From positions 5,836-69,835 of the forward strand of contig CAZWLL010000002.1 in NCBI GenBank assembly GCA_964634795.1: DNA of 64,000 nucleotides, given 5' to 3'. Within the stretch, counting starts at the first letter, position 1. Every line of letters starts with the position of its first letter. The position numbers were made by a program, and so were the translations under genes. Under the pieces are notes generated by a model. That model saw nothing but the letters and a program-made list of their open reading frames with translations. It made no database searches and was not told the origin of the DNA. This stretch comes from an uncultured Ruminococcus sp. (GTDB taxonomy: Bacteria; Bacillota; Clostridia; Oscillospirales; CAG-272). Positions 20,176 to 29,795 of the stretch are shown one piece after another.

Positions 20176-21054
20176 TTACTTACTCTTCTGCTTATTTTTG
20201 CGAATGCGTTCAAAAAGATTATTGGTTTTAACGTTTCCGTAGTCACCCAGAAGCTCGGCACGCAGTAATTTGGATAATGTCTGTTCGTTGTAATTTCTTT
20301 TAAGTTTACCTTCGATGGCAACGGAAATTACTCCCGTTTCTTCCGAAACGATTATTACAACCGCATCGCTGTTTTCACTCATTCCGATACCGGCTCTGTG
20401 TCTTGTTCCGAGATCCTTAATTATATCCGGATTATTGGATAGAGGAAGAAGACATCCTGCGGCAAGCAATCTGAAATCACGTACAATTAAAGCGCCGTCA
20501 TGCATGGGAGCCTTATTGAAAAAGATATTTTTAATAAGGAATGAGGCAGGATATGCATCTATCATTGTACCGGTAAGTGTTACATCGCCTAACTTTATAT
20601 CCCTCTCAAACACAATAAGCGCACCTGTTTTTGATTCCGACATATCACATACAGCCGAAACAATTTCATCGATAACGTGTTCACGATAAGATATATCCTT
20701 CGTCTCGCTGATACTTCTAAGGCTTTTCAGCGGAGTTGTGCCGACTTTCTCGAGTACCGAACGTATTTCAGGCTGAAACAAAATCACAAGTGTAATAAAG
20801 CCTATTTGGAATATATTCTGCATGATATATTGCATCAAATACATATCGAGCATTTTCGATACTATTTGTATTACAAACAAAAACAGCACTCCGACTGCAA
20901 GCTTTCCCGCGCGTCTGTCTCTGATGAACTTATATAAGTAATACAGAAGTACGGAAACGCAGAATATATCTATTATATCTACGAGCGATATTGTTTTTAT
21001 AATATTAATTACATCGGTTATCTTCTCCGGAAGAACCACAGCGGTAATACTCAA
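20176..21054 (-). CDS. cdaA: Diadenylate cyclase CdaA (c-di-AMP synthase)
   Basis: Three N-terminal TM helices and a DAC domain (DGALIV, GTRHRAGIGMSE). TTG start at 21054 with GGGGAGG 7 nt upstream. Confidence 0.9.
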   Translation of the reverse strand: MSITAVVLPEKITDVINIIKTISLVDIIDIFCVSVLLYYLYKFIRDRRAGKLAVGVLFLFVIQIVSKMLDMYLMQYIMQNIFQIGFITLVILFQPEIRSVLEKVGTTPLKSLRSISETKDISYREHVIDEIVSAVCDMSESKTGALIVFERDIKLGDVTLTGTMIDAYPASFLIKNIFFNKAPMHDGALIVRDFRLLAAGCLLPLSNNPDIIKDLGTRHRAGIGMSENSDAVVIIVSEETGVISVAIEGKLKRNYNEQTLSKLLRAELLGDYGNVKTNNLFERIRKNKQKSK

Positions 21055-21314
21055 ACGAACGCCTCCCCTGTAATGAACACAGTATAAGTGCGATGATTAT
21101 TATACTTTTTAACATAATAATAACTCATAGTATATTATACCATATGCATTGTTTTTTTTCAAATACTTTCAACGCAAATCTTTCCCGATTTTAATTATAA
21201 AAGCACTCTGTTCGACACAGTGGCGTTTTGTTAAACGATAACATAAAAAGCAATTGTTTAAAAACAGAGATTGTAAAATATACCGCGGTAATGTATAATA
21301 GTAATAAGGTCAGC

Positions 21315-21344
21315 TTGACGACAGAATAACTTTACATATATAAT
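21315..21344 (+). promoter_or_regulatory. Candidate promoter of the Fe-ADH/G1PDH-like gene
   Basis: TTGACG-18 nt-TATAAT, followed by a GAGG RBS before the ATG at 21361. Confidence 0.4.
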
Positions 21345-21360
21345 TATAATCGAGGTTTTT

Positions 21361-22650
21361 ATGTTTGAAAAAGTAAAATCACTTACCGAAAACTGTTCAT
21401 GCGGTAAGAAGCACAACCTTATAACCGAGGATTTCGTTATAGATAATGATGCCGCATCTTTAATGGCGGAATATTTAAAAAAATACGGATATACATCCCC
21501 CGCTGTAATATGCGATGAAAATACACATGTTTTCACAGCCGACATAGAGAATAAAATCAATATTAAATCCACTCTTGTTGTTGACGGCAATGCTCATGCA
21601 ACCGAAATATTCGCTGCGGAAGCCGAAAGCTTTATTCGCTCAAATTCTCCCGATGTACTTATCGCATGCGGTTCCGGTTCCGTTCACGATATTACAAGAT
21701 ACGCCGCACATTCAATGAATATACCGTTTGTCTCGTACCCTACCGCCGCAAGTGTCGACGGATTTATTTCGGGCGTCGCAGCCATGACATGGCACGGACA
21801 GAAGCTTACTTTCGATGCGGTACCGCCTAAAGCTGTTTTCGCATCCCCCGATGTTCTTGTTACCGCTCCGGACAGATTGACCGCCTCAGGTGTCGGTGAT
21901 GTACTCGGTAAGTACAATTCTCTTTTCGATTGGAAGGTCGGCAAAATATTCACCGGAGAATACTATTGCCCCGAAATTGTCGAACTCGAATATGAAGCTG
22001 TAGAGGAAATGGTTCGCGCAATAAAGCATCGTTCTGAAATTACAAAGAAAGAGTATACAATCAAAGTTATGTATGCGCTTCTGCTTTCGGGACTTGCTAT
22101 GCAGTTATGCGGAAATTCACGCCCCGCGTCCGGAGCGGAGCATCACATGTCTCATCTTTGGGAAATGCATCTTATCAACAATGACATTGATGCTCTTCAC
22201 GGTGAAAAGGTTGCTGTCGGACTGCTTGCGGTAACTGACTTATATAAAAAAGCTATCGCGCATGGTTTGGATTACGAAAAGATTAACGGTATTAATCTCT
22301 CAAGTGTTTTTGACTATGACAGAATTTCTCCTGTTTTCGGACAGCTGACTGACGTAATCATAAAGGAAAACCTTCCCGACGGTTCATTATTATCAAGCAG
22401 TCTCGCGAAAATTAAAATCGAAGATATGCATAAAATCGAAAATGAGTTAAACAAAGCCGCAAATGAATTGCCGAGCACTCAGGAGCTTATTAATCTTTGC
22501 ACCATATCGAATGTTCCAATCAAAGCATCCGATATCGGCCTTTCAGACAGTAAAGAATTTACCGAAAAATCTCTTAAATACGCACCGTATGTACGCAACC
22601 GCATCACACTCCTGAAAATTCTGTCAGCTGCAAACATGATAATAATATAA
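21361..22650 (+). CDS. Iron-containing alcohol dehydrogenase superfamily protein, sn-glycerol-1-phosphate dehydrogenase (AraM/EgsA)-like
   Basis: GSGSVHDITRYAA nucleotide/glycine motif, His-rich metal site (AEHHMSHLWE...HGEKV), N-terminal CSCGKKH. Confidence 0.55.
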   Translation: MFEKVKSLTENCSCGKKHNLITEDFVIDNDAASLMAEYLKKYGYTSPAVICDENTHVFTADIENKINIKSTLVVDGNAHATEIFAAEAESFIRSNSPDVLIACGSGSVHDITRYAAHSMNIPFVSYPTAASVDGFISGVAAMTWHGQKLTFDAVPPKAVFASPDVLVTAPDRLTASGVGDVLGKYNSLFDWKVGKIFTGEYYCPEIVELEYEAVEEMVRAIKHRSEITKKEYTIKVMYALLLSGLAMQLCGNSRPASGAEHHMSHLWEMHLINNDIDALHGEKVAVGLLAVTDLYKKAIAHGLDYEKINGINLSSVFDYDRISPVFGQLTDVIIKENLPDGSLLSSSLAKIKIEDMHKIENELNKAANELPSTQELINLCTISNVPIKASDIGLSDSKEFTEKSLKYAPYVRNRITLLKILSAANMIII

Positions 22651-22703
22651 GACAATACATCACAAAATCGGCTGTGACTTAACAATTTCGGTATATAATA
22701 CCT

Positions 22704-22735
22704 AAAAACCTGACTGTGTATACGGTCAGGTTTTT
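22704..22735 (+). terminator. Intrinsic terminator
   Basis: AAAAACCTGAC-TGTGTATACG-GTCAGGTTTTT. Confidence 0.7.
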
Positions 22736-22860
22736 GTTCTAAGTACATTACAGTATTACGAATTATTATAGCAGTCGTATATTTATTGTTTTCTAATGGA
22801 AATACGTGTATATTTATAATTTATAGCTGTATTTTTATTCTGTTTTGTTGATTATTTCTA

Positions 22861-22889
22861 TTGCATTTTTTTTCATTAAATAGTATAAT
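22861..22889 (+). promoter_or_regulatory. Candidate sigma-A promoter of the arg operon
   Basis: TTGCAT-17 nt-TATAAT, 47 nt upstream of the argC ATG. Confidence 0.5.
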
Positions 22890-22935
22890 AATACCACTCA
22901 TTAATTTATAAATAGTTTACTAAGGAGTGTGCGAT

Positions 22936-23979
22936 ATGAAAGAAAAAATCCGAGTTGCCATAGTCGGTGCTACCGGTTATGCGGGTGCTGAGCTTGTACG
23001 TTTGCTTATAACCCATCCTAACGCAGAAATCGTCGGATTATCCTCGGTTTCGTTCGCAGGCAGTGAAATAGCCGCGGTGTATCCGAATTTTAAGAAAATC
23101 ACCTTGCCGATATTAACCGATGCAGATACCGCAATTGTCGACGCCGATGTCGTATTCGCTTCGCTGCCGCACGGCTTGAGCGAACCGCTTGCGGAAAAAT
23201 GCCTCTCCTCAGGTAAGCTGCTTATTGACCTCGGTGCCGATTTCCGTTTAGAAAACGAAAGCGATTATGAAGAATGGTACAACAAACCGTTTGATAAACC
23301 GAAGCTTCACACCGATGCGGTATATGCCCTGCCGGAACTGTTCCGTGACAAAATCCCGACGGCAAAAATACTGGCAAACCCGGGATGCTATCCTACAGCT
23401 GCGGCTTTGGGTCTTGCTCCCGCTCTTCAGCATGGTTTTATCGAAAAAAGCGGAATTATCATCGACGCAAAATCGGGTATTACAGGTGCAGGCAGAGGAC
23501 TTACGCAAAACACACATTACCCCGAAGCAAACGAATCTATATCGGCATACAAAATCGGGGTACATCGTCACACACCTGAAATAGAGCAAACTCTTTCTCA
23601 CATGGCAGGTGACAGTGTTTCGGTAACCTTTGTACCTCATTTGCTTCCCGTCAATCGCGGAATCGAGGAAACGATTTATGCTCATCTCACACCATGCACA
23701 TCTCTCGGTATGGTTCGTGCGGCATATGAATCGGTATATCAAAACGAACAATTCGTTCGCCTGGAACCCGACGGATGCTCGGCACAAATCAGATTTGTTA
23801 CACGATCCAACTACTGCGATATTTCCCTGCATTGCGACACACGAACAAACACACTTATTGTTTGTTCCTGCATTGACAATATGGTAAAGGGCGCAGCGGG
23901 ACAGGCTATTCAAAACATGAACCTTTATTTCGGACTGCCTGAAGAAACGGGAATTAATGCGGTTCCCGCAGGATTTTAA
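22936..23979 (+). CDS. argC: N-acetyl-gamma-glutamyl-phosphate reductase
   Basis: VAIVGATGYAGAEL Rossmann motif and active-site NPGCYPT. ATG at 22936 with AAGGAG 8 nt upstream, preferred over the GTG at 22927. Confidence 0.95.
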   Translation: MKEKIRVAIVGATGYAGAELVRLLITHPNAEIVGLSSVSFAGSEIAAVYPNFKKITLPILTDADTAIVDADVVFASLPHGLSEPLAEKCLSSGKLLIDLGADFRLENESDYEEWYNKPFDKPKLHTDAVYALPELFRDKIPTAKILANPGCYPTAAALGLAPALQHGFIEKSGIIIDAKSGITGAGRGLTQNTHYPEANESISAYKIGVHRHTPEIEQTLSHMAGDSVSVTFVPHLLPVNRGIEETIYAHLTPCTSLGMVRAAYESVYQNEQFVRLEPDGCSAQIRFVTRSNYCDISLHCDTRTNTLIVCSCIDNMVKGAAGQAIQNMNLYFGLPEETGINAVPAGF

Positions 23980-24001
23980 TTAACGAAAGGATTAATAAAA
24001 A

Positions 24002-25228
24002 ATGGAATATAAAGAAATTGAAGGCGGTGTATGTGCCGCAAAAGGATTCTCTGCCGGCGGTGTTCATGCCGGCTTCAGAAAAAACACTTCCAAGCTTGAT
24101 TTGGCAATGGTAGTTGCGGATGATTTATGCACAGCCGCAGGTGTATATACTAAAAACAAGGTTTTCGCCGCTCCTGTCGGTGTAACACGTGCACATCTCG
24201 CAAACGGTCACGCTCGTGCCGTTATAGTAAACAGCGGCAACGCAAATGCATGTACACCTGACGGATACGAAACAGCAGGAAAGACTTGTGACATGGTTGC
24301 GGAATTAATCGGTATTTCCGCTGATGATGTCATCGTTTCTTCCACAGGTGTAATCGGCGTAAGTCTTCCGCTCTCACCTATTGAAAATTCCATTTCAGGC
24401 TTATATTCCTCTTTGACTGCAGATGCCGAGGGTGCCGGTCTTGCCGCCGCCGCTATTATGACAACGGATACAAAGAAAAAGGAATTCGCATTGTCATACA
24501 CATACGGCGGTCATGAAATTCACATAGGCGGAATGTGCAAGGGTTCGGGTATGATTCATCCTAACATGGGAACAATGCTCGGATTCATCACCACAGACGC
24601 CGCAATAACACCCGAATTACTCCATACGGCACTGGTAAACGCAACACAGGACAGCTTCAATATGGTCAGCGTTGACGGCGACACAAGCACCAACGATATG
24701 GTATGTGTTCTTGCTTCAGGCAAATCAGGCGCAGATGAAATTACATCTGCCGACACTGCATATGATGCTTTTTATAATGCACTTTCTATTATATGCATGA
24801 AAATGGCTACCGCAATCGCAGGTGACGGAGAGGGAGCGACGAAGTTCCTGCGCTGTATCGTGCTGAATGCTGCCGACAAGGAATCCGCACGAATCCTTTC
24901 AAAAAGCGTAATCGCATCTTCTCTCGTAAAAACAGCTATGTTCGGTGCAGACGCCAATTGGGGACGTGTTATATGCGCTCTCGGATATTCTGGTGTTGAA
25001 TTCGACCCGAAGAAAGTGGATATTTCATTCAAATCATCTGCCGGAACAATTGACGTATGTGCGCACGGCGGAACATTATTATTTGATGAAGAAAAAGCAA
25101 AAGACATTCTCACAAAAGACAGCATTGATATTATTTGCGATATGCATGTGGGTGATGCAACCGCTACTGCGTTCGGCTGTGATCTCAGTTATGAATATGT
25201 AAAAATCAACGGTGACTACAGAACCTGA
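24002..25228 (+). CDS. argJ: Bifunctional ornithine acetyltransferase / N-acetylglutamate synthase
   Basis: Autoprocessing site MLGFITTDA (ATML-type) and the overall ArgJ pattern. Confidence 0.95.
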   Translation: MEYKEIEGGVCAAKGFSAGGVHAGFRKNTSKLDLAMVVADDLCTAAGVYTKNKVFAAPVGVTRAHLANGHARAVIVNSGNANACTPDGYETAGKTCDMVAELIGISADDVIVSSTGVIGVSLPLSPIENSISGLYSSLTADAEGAGLAAAAIMTTDTKKKEFALSYTYGGHEIHIGGMCKGSGMIHPNMGTMLGFITTDAAITPELLHTALVNATQDSFNMVSVDGDTSTNDMVCVLASGKSGADEITSADTAYDAFYNALSIICMKMATAIAGDGEGATKFLRCIVLNAADKESARILSKSVIASSLVKTAMFGADANWGRVICALGYSGVEFDPKKVDISFKSSAGTIDVCAHGGTLLFDEEKAKDILTKDSIDIICDMHVGDATATAFGCDLSYEYVKINGDYRT

Positions 25229-25353
25229 TTATTTTATCAACAGATAATATATTTTAAAAGCCATCACCGCAACAATTAAGGAAACTCCGATTTATGGTTT
25301 GATTTATTCGGCGCATCCTTAAATACATTAAATTAACTTGAGGTATAAAGAGT

Positions 25354-26223
25354 ATGTCCATATCCAATCAAGATAAAGCCAATGTGCTTATCGAAGCACT
25401 TCCGTATATACAAAAATACACAGGACAAACGGTTGTAATCAAATACGGAGGCAATGCTATGCTTTCCGAAGAACTGCAGGATGCGGTAATCAGCGACCTT
25501 GTTTTGTTATCCTTAACGGGAATTCATGTAGTGCTTGTCCATGGCGGCGGTCCCGACATCAATGAAATGCTCACTAAAATCGGTAAGAAATCACAATTCA
25601 TCAATGGATTGCGGTATACTGATGCCGAAACAGCCGAAGTCGCTCTGATGGTGCTTGCAGGCAAAACAAATAAGCATCTTGTCGACAGAATCGAGCGCAC
25701 AGGCGGAAAAGCCATCGGACTTTGCGGATTGGACGGCGGATTACTCAGCGCAAAACGACACACAGACAGTGTCGGCACAGATTACGGCTTCGTTGGGGAC
25801 ATTGAGAATGTTAACGCCTCAATCATACAGGATGTAATCGACAAGGGATATATACCCGTTATATCGACTATTGCTCATGCATCGGATGGTACAGGCGTTT
25901 ATAATATTAACGCGGATACGGCGGCAGGTGAAATTGCCGTAGCATTGCACGCAAGAAACTTTATTCTTCTGACAGACACACGCGGTGTTCTGAGTGATCC
26001 TCACGATGAAAGCTCGCTGATTCCCGTTATTCACACAAACGAGGTTCAAGCATTGCGCGACAACGGAATAATAACAGGCGGAATGATTCCGAAGGTAGAG
26101 TGCTGTGTCAGTGCCGCCGAGCGCGGTATTCACCGTACGTTTATAACAGACGGCAGAATTCGCCATTCCATCCTTATAGAAATGCTTTCCGATGAAGGAT
26201 GCGGAACCATGTTCACGAAATAA
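25354..26223 (+). CDS. argB: Acetylglutamate kinase
   Basis: VVIKYGGNAM and LVHGGGP motifs. Confidence 0.95.
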   Translation: MSISNQDKANVLIEALPYIQKYTGQTVVIKYGGNAMLSEELQDAVISDLVLLSLTGIHVVLVHGGGPDINEMLTKIGKKSQFINGLRYTDAETAEVALMVLAGKTNKHLVDRIERTGGKAIGLCGLDGGLLSAKRHTDSVGTDYGFVGDIENVNASIIQDVIDKGYIPVISTIAHASDGTGVYNINADTAAGEIAVALHARNFILLTDTRGVLSDPHDESSLIPVIHTNEVQALRDNGIITGGMIPKVECCVSAAERGIHRTFITDGRIRHSILIEMLSDEGCGTMFTK

Positions 26224-26248
26224 CGACATACGCAAAGGAAATACGATA

Positions 26249-27436
26249 ATGGATAAACAAACGGTCATTTCATTAGACAATGAATATATAATGCATACCT
26301 ACGGCAGGCTTCCTCTTGTTCCCGATCATGGTTCAGGTGCTTCACTGTGGGATGTCGACGGTAATAAATACATTGATTTCACCAGCGGAATCGGCGTAAA
26401 TGCTTTAGGCTACTCCGATCACGGTTGGGTAAACGCAGTATATAATCAGGCTGTAAAATATCAGCATGTATGCAACTATTACTATTGTGAGCCTTCGGCT
26501 CAGCTTGCAAAATGGCTTATCACAAAATCGGGACTTACAGATGTATTTTTCTGCAACTCCGGTGCGGAAGCAAACGAATGCGCTATAAAACTGGCTCGTA
26601 AATACAGCTTTGACAAATACGGCTCCGACAGATACAAAATCGTCACACTGCAAAAGTCATTCCACGGCAGAACAATAACGACACTTGCCGCTACAGGACA
26701 GGATGTGTTCCACAAATACTTCGATCCTTTTACAGACGGTTTTGTCTACTGCCCTGCCGAGGATATTTCCGCTATAGATGCGGCAATAGATAATTCGGTT
26801 TGTGCGGTTCTCTTAGAGGTAATTCAAGGTGAAGGCGGAGTAAATATTCTCTCCCACGAATACGTATCGGCAGTTGAAAAAATCTGTCATGATAGAGATG
26901 TTTTGCTCATCATAGATGAAGTACAAACCGGTATTGGCAGAACAGGTATGACATTCGCATTCCAAAACTACGGAATTAAACCTGACATTATAACATTGGC
27001 AAAGGCTCTTGCGGGAGGCATTCCCATGGGAGCATGCATCAGCGGTACAAAAGCTGCTGAAACACTCGGCGCCGGTATGCACGGTTCTACATTTGGGGCA
27101 AATCCGATAGCGTCTGCCGCCGCGCTTTATATTACATCATGTCTGACAGATGACTTTTTAAGCGGAGTAATTCACCGCGGAAACTTGATGGCTGACAAAA
27201 TCGCGTCATGGGAAAACTGCGGTATCAAATCGGTACGTCACATGGGACTTATGATCGGTGTAGAAATCGCCGGCAATCCCAAGGATGTGCTCAAAAAAGC
27301 ATTCGAAAACGGACTGCTTGTTTTAACCGCAGGCACGGACGTAATTCGTCTTCTTCCGCCGCTTAATATTTCAATGCACGAAATTGACGAAGGATTACAG
27401 CTTTTACAGAAATCACTTACGGAGGTTATGGAATGA
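26249..27436 (+). CDS. argD: Acetylornithine aminotransferase
   Basis: Class-III aminotransferase motifs (SGAEANE, DEVQTGIGRTG, and the PLP Lys in TLAKAL). ATG at 26249 after AAAGGAA; the longer track ORF would overlap argB. Confidence 0.9.
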   Translation: MDKQTVISLDNEYIMHTYGRLPLVPDHGSGASLWDVDGNKYIDFTSGIGVNALGYSDHGWVNAVYNQAVKYQHVCNYYYCEPSAQLAKWLITKSGLTDVFFCNSGAEANECAIKLARKYSFDKYGSDRYKIVTLQKSFHGRTITTLAATGQDVFHKYFDPFTDGFVYCPAEDISAIDAAIDNSVCAVLLEVIQGEGGVNILSHEYVSAVEKICHDRDVLLIIDEVQTGIGRTGMTFAFQNYGIKPDIITLAKALAGGIPMGACISGTKAAETLGAGMHGSTFGANPIASAAALYITSCLTDDFLSGVIHRGNLMADKIASWENCGIKSVRHMGLMIGVEIAGNPKDVLKKAFENGLLVLTAGTDVIRLLPPLNISMHEIDEGLQLLQKSLTEVME

Positions 27437-28356
27437 ATAAGGATTTAACTAAAATGGCAGATTTATCGCAGGAAGAAATATTTTCTCTGCTTGATCTTGC
27501 GGCTAAATTAAAATACGAAAAACATCACGGAATTACTCATCATTTACTTCCCGGTAAGTCTCTCGGAATGATTTTTCAGAAATCATCTACACGTACGAGA
27601 GTATCTTTTGAAACGGGTATATATCAGCTCGGCGGTCAGGCATTGTTCCTCTCCCCGAGAGATTTGCAAATCGGACGCGGTGAACCGCTTATCGACACCG
27701 CACGTGTACTGTCAAGATATCTTGACGGAATAATGATTCGTACATTTGCTCAATCCGAGGTTGACGATCTCGCTAAATACTGCACTTGCCCTGTTATAAA
27801 CGGACTTACCGATTATTGCCATCCTTGTCAGATTCTCGCTGATTTGCTTACAGTACGTGAATTCAAGTGCGGCGGCGAAAACGACTTTTCCAAACTCAAA
27901 ATGTGCTATATAGGCGACGGAAACAATATGGCAAACTCCCTGATTGTCGGCGGACTTACCGTCGGTATGTCGGTTACAATCGGCTGTCCCACATCACACC
28001 AGCCGCATCCCGATGTCCTCGCATTCACCAAAAAATATCCCGGAAAATTCTTAATGACAGATGATATATATGCGGCAGCTTCGGGTGCTGATATTCTCTT
28101 CACCGACGTTTGGGCTTCCATGGGTCAGGAATCTGAAGCACTTGAACGTCAAAAAATCTTTGCCGGATATCAAATCAACAATAAGCTTCTCGAGGCTGCA
28201 AATCCCGGTGTAATGGTACAGCATTGTCTGCCTGCACATCGCGGTGAGGAAATCAGTGAAAATGTTTTCGAAGCACATGCAAATGAAATATTCGAAGAAG
28301 CCGAGAACCGACTCCATGCACAAAAGGCAGTCATGGTTCAGCTGATGTCGAAGTAA
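27433..28356 (+). CDS. argF: Ornithine carbamoyltransferase
   Basis: STRTR carbamoyl-phosphate motif and HCLP ornithine motif. ATGA overlap with argD. Confidence 0.9.
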   Translation: MNKDLTKMADLSQEEIFSLLDLAAKLKYEKHHGITHHLLPGKSLGMIFQKSSTRTRVSFETGIYQLGGQALFLSPRDLQIGRGEPLIDTARVLSRYLDGIMIRTFAQSEVDDLAKYCTCPVINGLTDYCHPCQILADLLTVREFKCGGENDFSKLKMCYIGDGNNMANSLIVGGLTVGMSVTIGCPTSHQPHPDVLAFTKKYPGKFLMTDDIYAAASGADILFTDVWASMGQESEALERQKIFAGYQINNKLLEAANPGVMVQHCLPAHRGEEISENVFEAHANEIFEEAENRLHAQKAVMVQLMSK

Positions 28357-28370
28357 AATAATGCTCCGCA

Positions 28371-28402
28371 AAAAAGGGTACAGTATAAGCTGTACCCTTT
28401 TT
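28371..28402. terminator. Bidirectional intrinsic terminator
   Basis: AAAAAGGGTACAG-TATAAG-CTGTACCCTTTTT between convergent argF and the oxidoreductase gene. Confidence 0.75.
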
Positions 28403-28422
28403 AAGTATTTAATATGTTCGAA

Positions 28423-29496
28423 TTATTTAATAGGCGTAATATCTACGCTCTTGCCTGTTTTAGCAGAGGTATAGATGGCGTCAAGAATCTTCATGAGCCA
28501 TACACCGTCTTCGGCAGTCGCACGGCAAGGTGCTCCGCCTGTAGCTGCATTGATAAATCCTGCGATTTCGGCACGGAATGCGTTTGAATCACAGCCGAGT
28601 CTTGAATAAGGTGTTGTCTTTACGAACATGCCGGACATATCCGTGTACATTTCAACCTTATCGTCATATGCCTTAACACCGGATTTTGTTCCGAAGAGCT
28701 CGATGCTGCCGGTGTCTCTGTCTATGTTCAAGTTGAAGCTTGCTTCTACATGGAGAGAGAAGCCATTTTCAAAACGAACGATAGCATTGGCAAAGTCTTC
28801 AACTGTGTACTGGTAGCCTGTCTTGGAAGAAGAAAGCTCCCATGCCGTAGTTCCGCCTGCCGCACGATTGCAGCCGAGATTATTGTACGTTACACCGTAT
28901 GCCGATACCGGACGAGGATTGCCTGCAAGATAACGTGACAAGTCTATAACATGCACACCGAGGTCTATGAGCGGACCGCCGCCGGAGAACGACTTATCAC
29001 CGAACCAACCGCCGGGACAGCCGTCTTTACGCAGATAAGATGCTTTTGCGAAATAAACATCACCCATCATGCCGTCTGCAGTCCATTTACGGATTGTATC
29101 TGCATCCGAGCCGAAACGGCGAACGAAGCCGATCTGAAGGAGCTTGCCTGTTTCCTTAGCCACAGCGCGCATTTCTTCCGCTTCCTCTGCATTCAATGCC
29201 ATCGGCTTTTCGCAAATAACATTAGCACCGCCGCGCAGTGCAGCTATTGTACAAGGCTTATGAGCGGCATTCCATGTGCAGACGCTTACACAGTCGAGAG
29301 TTTCCTTTTCCATCATTTCATGGCAATCTGTATACCATCTCGGAACATTATATCTTTCGGCGTATGCCTTAACTTTCGCCTCATCGATATCACATACCGC
29401 AACAACTTCAACGCGATCAGCCATGTTTTTATAGCCGTCCATATGACAATGGCTGATACCGCCGGTACCTATAATACCTACTCTGACTTTTTCCAT
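28423..29496 (-). CDS. Gfo/Idh/MocA family NAD(P)-dependent oxidoreductase
   Basis: N-terminal VRVGIIGTGGISHCH Rossmann motif and the EKP motif (CEKPMA). Confidence 0.85.
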   Translation of the reverse strand: MEKVRVGIIGTGGISHCHMDGYKNMADRVEVVAVCDIDEAKVKAYAERYNVPRWYTDCHEMMEKETLDCVSVCTWNAAHKPCTIAALRGGANVICEKPMALNAEEAEEMRAVAKETGKLLQIGFVRRFGSDADTIRKWTADGMMGDVYFAKASYLRKDGCPGGWFGDKSFSGGGPLIDLGVHVIDLSRYLAGNPRPVSAYGVTYNNLGCNRAAGGTTAWELSSSKTGYQYTVEDFANAIVRFENGFSLHVEASFNLNIDRDTGSIELFGTKSGVKAYDDKVEMYTDMSGMFVKTTPYSRLGCDSNAFRAEIAGFINAATGGAPCRATAEDGVWLMKILDAIYTSAKTGKSVDITPIK

Positions 29497-29795
29497 AACA
29501 GTTACTTTCTGTCTACATTTTTAACTGTAAACAGTATATCCTTTCTTTATTATTTCGATATGAATTGGTATAAAAATCGTATCACAACTGACATAAAATG
29601 TCAAGTAGTTCTAACTAAAAAATAAAATTGATTGAACATAAAATACAGATACAACGCATTAACATACCATTTCGGCGGTTTTATATCGGATTTTCACATT
29701 TCGGAACTTTTTCTTGAAATTTCCGTCTAAGATATTGTTTGCGATATGATATTATATATCAAACATATCGCATATGATTCAGAAAGGATACTTTA

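Noticed and set aside
26192-26248. Upstream extension of argD overlapping the end of argB.
   Set aside because: The ATG at 26249 follows an AAAGGAA RBS and yields the conserved aminotransferase N-terminus.
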